A stretch of DNA of 64,000 nucleotides from Macrostomum lignano (Eukaryota): contig NIVC01000268.1 in the NCBI GenBank assembly GCA_002269645.1, forward strand, positions 248,001 through 312,000, in the 5' to 3' direction. Each line of letters begins with the position of its first letter. The stretch's first letter is position 1. Under the pieces are notes generated by a model that saw only the letters and a list, made by a program, of their open reading frames with translations, did no database searches and was not told the origin of the DNA. The translations under genes and the position numbers were made by a program. Of this stretch, positions 58,410 through 64,000 are shown in pieces.

Positions 58410-61400
58410 ATGTCTGATGAAGAAGCAGAGATGCAAGAACAAGTGCCGGAGGGAGACAGCCGTCTCATTTCGCTGAAGGCCAGAAAGGCGGTCGACAAGT
58501 GCGCGTTCACGAAGCAACGGAATCGTCTACTGAAGGTATTGGGCTCGGACGGAGCTACTTTGGCGGACGTGGAACCGCTGGCCGGCACTCTGGATGACCA
58601 CTACGAGCGAGTTAGTGCGGTGCTACAAGCGATTCTGCCCGAGGTCGTCGGGAATCTACCAGTGCAAGTCCAGACAGTAAAGGAATTGGAAAAGCTGGAG
58701 ACTGAGTACGGTGAGATTGTAAATTTGCTGAGAGAATTGCGCAAGAGGGAGCGAGAGGTACGACTAGAGTCGAGGGAGATCGAGCAAAAAGAGATGCGAC
58801 AGAAGGAGTTGGAGGCAGTCAGGCGGCAGCGGATAGAGATGGAGGAGGAGCAGCGCAGAATGCAGCAGGAGTTTGCAGAGAGGCAGCGCGAGTTAGATGT
58901 CAGATTGGATGCGCTAAGAGTGGCAGAGACGTCAGCGAGCGAAGAGGATCAATTGTACTCCTCTCAACTACGGGTAGAAGCGGCCGTCCAATCGCAAGCT
59001 GCGTATTCAGTACCAGTCGCCAACCCCATGGTTCAAGCCGACCCTTTAGTCAACCCCTTAATTGGGGGAGGGTCAGAGCTACTACGGAGCGCTGAACAAG
59101 GGGGTGAGAGAGTAAAGACCGGAGAAAAATCAATACCACCCACCCCAACTGGCGGCAAGTGTGACCACGCTGATTCTAACCAACCCCGCGGACAGCTAGG
59201 TATCCAAGCGATGTACGGTGGAGCTAATTCGCCAATTAGGGCTTCACAGGCCGCCGCCGCGGAATGTACAGCGAAAGCTTGGGCTGAGGAGAGAATCGGT
59301 CAAGATATGTGGAGGCAGTTGCAGAGAGTTGCAATACCGGTGTTTAGTGGAGACAAACGGGAGTTTGAAGGATGGCGGGCGGCTTTCTATGCCTGTGTGC
59401 ATGCCTCGCCATCTTCAGAGGCCTATAAGTTATTGCAATTGCGCCAGTCGCTGCGAGGAGAGGCATTAAAACTTGTTGCGAATCTTGGCTACTCGGAGTT
59501 CGCCTACAAAGCGGCTCTGGAAAGGCTTGAGCGGGAGTATGGTGGAGAGCGGCGTAGGTTGGTGTTAGCACTGGAGAAGCTGGATAATTTTCCACCGATC
59601 CAAGTAGAGAACCCGTCCCGGCTGAAGCAGCTGGCCGATTTGCTCGATGTCACCGTGGTGAATTTGAAGGCGGCAGGCAGGGAAGTGGAGCTTAATAGCA
59701 ACGGTTTGCTCTATTTGAGAGTGCAAAAGAAGCTCCCAGCCGACATGCTTGCACGATTCCATCGGTGGGTCGGAGAAGGGAGACGAGAAGACTCGCTGAG
59801 TGTACTGCACCAATGGTTGTTAGCTGAGGCAGAGTACCAGACGGTAGCCATGGAAGCAGTAAAAGGAGTTACTGGAGAGTCACAACCGAAAGCACGACAA
59901 GGCCGTGGAGAGCCGGGGCGCACGCACTTTGGCGGCAGTGTCAACGTGAGTGACAATAGAAGGGAGCAGAATGAGGAACGAAAAGGCTGCAGTTTGTGCA
60001 ATGAGAAGCATGGAGTGTGGAAGTGTCCGAAGTTTCTAAGAATGGATTCGCAGGCCAGGTGGGAAGTGGTAAAACAGAAGCGACTGTGTTTTAGCTGCCT
60101 GGGAACAAATAACTTGAGCGGTGCTTGCAAGCGTGGAATGAGCTGTGGAGTGGACAACTGCAAGGCGAGACACAGCAGGTTGCTGCATGAGACACGCAAT
60201 CATCCAATGGCGTTTAAGCACGAAGGGGGGCGATCAAGGGCGAGCGAGAAGCCCCAGAAGCCGGTCGATCAAGCGGGAGGTAAAGACAGCAAACAGCAGG
60301 AGTCCTGTACTTTGTTGGCGCAAGGTGCAGCACCTATCTCCTTGAGAACGGTACCAGTGATTCTGTCAAACGGTAATCGGGAGCTGCGAGTGAACGCCAT
60401 ACTTGACGACGCGAGTAGGCGTACCTACTTAAACTCGGATATAGCAGCGGAGCTCAACCTGGAAGGGAAAGTGGAGGTGATGATAGTAAAAGTGTTGAAT
60501 GGCCAAGTAAGCACTTTTCAAACAGCACCGGTGGAGGTCGGCATCCGGAGTTTAGATGGGACCTTTCGGGCGAGAGTGTCAGCGCACACAACGGAAAGAG
60601 TGACAGGTGATTTGAAAGCAGTCGATTGGAGCAATTTGGCCAGACAGTGGAGCCACTTGCGTGGCATTCCATTCGATAAGATTGAAGGCAAGCAGACTGT
60701 CGACATATTGATTGGAGTTGATCATGCAGATCTGCATTTCGCCTGTCGAGAAGTTGGAGGATTGCCCGGTGAACCGATTGCAAGGCTAACGCCAATCGGG
60801 TGGACCTGTGTTGGACAGTTGGATCAGGCGTCGGCGGACAACTTGGCGGAAAGTCAGCAATCATTCTTCAGTTTGGCGCACGAGGAAGATGCTGCTGAAG
60901 TGCTAAAGAAATTCTGGGAGGTTGAAGAGGTGCCGGATACATCGCCCCGAGCGTTGCTGTCAGAAGAAGAACGCAAGGCGGTGCAGATGGTTGAAGCAAA
61001 CCTGAAGTTTGAAGCTGGACGATATCAAGTGACGACTCCGTGGAAGGTGAATCCAACGGCATTGCCTAGCAACAGGAATGCAGCCCTGCATCGGTTAGAG
61101 TGCACTGAAAAGCGTTTGCGGAAAGATCCAGATCTGGCAAAGGTGTACCAGGAGGTGCTTGACGGACATCTGGTTAAAGGTTACATAGAAGAAGTCGACG
61201 GCACAGTGCCAGTGGCGGGTGAGTGGTACCTGCCGCACTTCGCAGTAGTGCGAGCGAACAAAGACACCACAAAGACGCGCATTGTCTTTGATGCATCAGC
61301 ACGCTGCAATGGAATCTGCTTGAACGATGCCATCTTTGCTGGCCCAAAACTGCAAAATGATCTCTTTAAGGTGCTGCTAAGATTCCGCATGCATGCAGTG

Positions 61401-64000
61401 GCACTGGCCTGTGACATAGAAGAAATGTATTTGAGAATCAGGTTGGCCGCTGAAGACAGGCGCTTCTTTCGGTTTCTTTGGCGACGACTTGAGGCAGATC
61501 GTGATGTGGAGCCTAAGGTGTACGAGTTCCGAAGCGTCGTCTTTGGTGTGAACTGTTCGCCATTCTTGGCCCAGTTTGTGACGCAAGAGAACGCACGCCG
61601 ACATCAGGAAGAACTGCCAATGGCGGCGAGGACTGTGTTGCGTTCTACGTACATGGACGATAGCTTAGATTCAGCAAAGGATGTGCCGCAAGCGATCCAA
61701 TTGTACGAACAGCTGACCGAGTTGTGGAGCCGAGCCGGGATGAGAGCACGCAAATGGATTTCCAACTCGGCGGAAGTGTTAGCAAGAGTTCCGGAGTCCG
61801 AGCGGGCCCCGCGGTCTGAGTTGCTGCTGACAGGCGAGTCACCAACCAGCAAAGCCCTGGGTGTCAATTGGCGGGCCAAGGAAGACGTGCTGTCAGTCAC
61901 CATGGATGAGTCGAATAGCAACGGAAAGATCACAACGAAGCGACAGCTGCTGCGAAGCATTGCCAGTGTGTTCGATCCATGCGGCTTCCTAGCTCCATGT
62001 GTCATTCGTGGAAAGATCATGCTTCAAGAGATTTGGCAGCACGGATGTGACTGGGACGAGCCGATCGATCCGGAGATGGCGGAGAAGGCATCCCAATGGA
62101 TGAGCGAACTTTCAGTTCTTCAGCAAGTTGCTGTGCCGCGATGTCTGAATCCGCAAGATGCGTACGGAGCTGTAGTCTACTTCCGGGGCCACAATATTGA
62201 TGAGGAAGTAACGGTGCGCTTTGTAGCGTCAAAGTCGAAGGTAGCCCCGCTATTGACTGTCAGCGTCCCGAGGCTTGAGTTGATGGCCGCAGTGCTCGGA
62301 GTTCGGCTGACCAAGACGATCGCGGAGGCTCTGGACATGGACATTAGAGTAGCAACCCTTTGGACCGATAGTCAAAACGTCCTGTGGTGGATACAGAACC
62401 GGAGTCGGGCGTTCAAGCCATTTGTTGCCAACCGAATCGCACAAATTCAGCAAGAGGTGAAGGTAAATCAGTGGAGATACGTGCCGACGAAGTTAAATCC
62501 AGCAGATATTGTCTCCAGAGGATGCAGCGCTTCTGAGTTGCCGAATTTGCGACTGTGGTTCCAGGGACCAGAGTTCCTGCAGCAGAAGGAAGAATTTTGG
62601 CCGGAGAGAAGGGTTCCATTAGTTCCGGAGGACGCAGAAGTTTCCAAGAAGCGTTAAGGGATGGTCGCCCTGGGTCCAAGTGAGCAGCGCCAGGAGCGGA
62701 CATTCGTCGCGGAAGCGGAGACAATGGGAAAAAGATGGCGGTTAGACCCAACTCGATTCTCTGACTTTAGAAGGCTGCAGCGAGTCATGGCTTATGTTCT
62801 GCGCTTCTTGAGGAACTGCCGGAAAAGTCCAGAGTTTCGAGAGATCGGCGAGTTGAAGGCGGACGAGTTGGAAGATGTAGAAGAGCGGCTTGTGAAATCC
62901 GCACAGGATGAAGCGTTCACTCGACAAAGCTGCGGTGACAAGAAGCTGCAGTGCTTGCAGCCCGTTAGGGATCCGTCTGGAGTGCTGAGGGTCGACGGTC
63001 GTCTGAAGTTCGGTCAGCAGTTACCGTTTCAAGCGAGACACCCAGCGATTCTGCCGAGAAAGCACTGGATCACTAAGCTACTCATCAAGAAATTTCATGA
63101 AGAGCGAGCACATGGAGGCACAAACGATGTCTTGGCCGCAATTGCATCGAAGTATTGGATCATCGGAGCCAGAGAGGCGATTCGTCAGTGGGAGCTCGAT
63201 TGTGCGGTTTGCAGGAAACGGCGAGCACGTCCCGCAACTCAGCAGATGGCACCGCTGCCAGAAGCGCGCCTCGCTTTCTCGCTCAAGGCATTCACGCATG
63301 TGGCGGTCGACATGGGCGGTCCGTTCATCACCATTCAAGGACGAGGAAAGCGACGCCAGAAGCGCTACATAGCTCTGTTCACGTGCCTAGAGACACGCGC
63401 GGTGCATTTAGAGATGACCTTCGGGCTCGACACTGACTCGTTTTTGAATGGTTCTACCGCATGGTCAACCGTCGAGGTCTGCCAAAGATCATGCACTCAG
63501 ACAACGGCGGAAACTTCGTAAAAGGAGCAGAAGAGCTCAAGCAACTGGAAAGTGTGAACAAGACCAAATGGCAAGAGAAGACAGCAGTGCACGGAGTGAG
63601 ATAGAGCTTTCAGCCGCCGGCAGCACCACATTTTGGTGGAGCGCATGAAATAATGATCCGCGCAGCGAAGCGGGCACTGAGCGCGATCCTCGGGAACGCG
63701 GATGTTAACGATGAGGAGTTGCATTCAGCGATCACCGGTGCAGAGGCGCTCCTTAACTCGCGCCCAATCACGTACCAGACGGCCAACCCGATGGACGAGG
63801 CACCGTTAACGCCCAATCATTTTCTTCACGGACAAGCCGGAGGGCAGTTTGCACCGGATGTATCGGAAGAGGTAGCGATCAGTCCAAGAAAGCGCTGGCA
63901 ACGGGTACAGGAGCTTGTGACGCATGTGTGGCGGCGATGGATGCGAGAGTGGCTACCCGGCCTGCAACCGAGGTCAAAATGGCCGACCAACAGAGAAACC
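58410..64000 (+). mobile_element. BEL/Pao gag-pol (Gag with 3 Zn knuckles, protease, RT, RNase H, integrase), defective, continues beyond the window
   Basis: IPVFSGDKREFEGW..AF, CSLCNEKHGVWKC, CGVDNCKARHSRLLH, LRTVPV, NAILDDAS, WYLPH, RIVFDAS, YMDD, SKSKVAPL..VSVPRLEL.AA, WTDSQ, HGG...C..C, AVDMGGP, RAVHLE, SDNG, PHFGG. ORF 58410-62657, in-frame TAA, then 62661 onward with a frameshift at about 63450 and TAG at 63602. Confidence 0.95.

Overview
Eukaryotic (metazoan) genomic DNA: spliced genes with GT-AG introns, many intronic minisatellites and nested transposons. The host is most likely the flatworm Macrostomum. This is an inference from a near-exact match, recalled from memory and not database-checked, to its spliced-leader (SL) exon. 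Host genes: the 3' part of a SHOC2/Sur-8-like LRR gene (+), a TJAP1/BEGAIN-like coiled-coil gene (+, 3 exons), AGPAT5 (-, 5 exons, 364 aa), PLGRKT (-, 3 exons, 144 aa), and two intronless head-to-tail stonustoxin(SNTX)-like MACPF/CDC genes (27083-28537, 29560-31584); the second has a Cys/His-rich module and a C-terminal CaaX box. Mobile DNA: four RTE-like LINE copies, a LOA/R1-like LINE interrupted by a BEL/Pao LTR retrotransposon that runs off the window end, a CORE-type tRNA SINE, several hAT-like non-autonomous elements (TSDs visible for three), a Tc1/IS630-like deletion derivative, and Merlin and EnSpm-like transposase fragments. Two observations stand out: (1) the BEL/Pao 5' LTR carries an SL-exon-like sequence ending in ATG just before the LTR end and the tRNA-iMet primer site; (2) the signal-peptide-less SNTX-like pair may be a cytosolic heterodimeric pore-forming module with one prenyl-anchored subunit. 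All homology calls come from motif recognition by eye; no searches were run.
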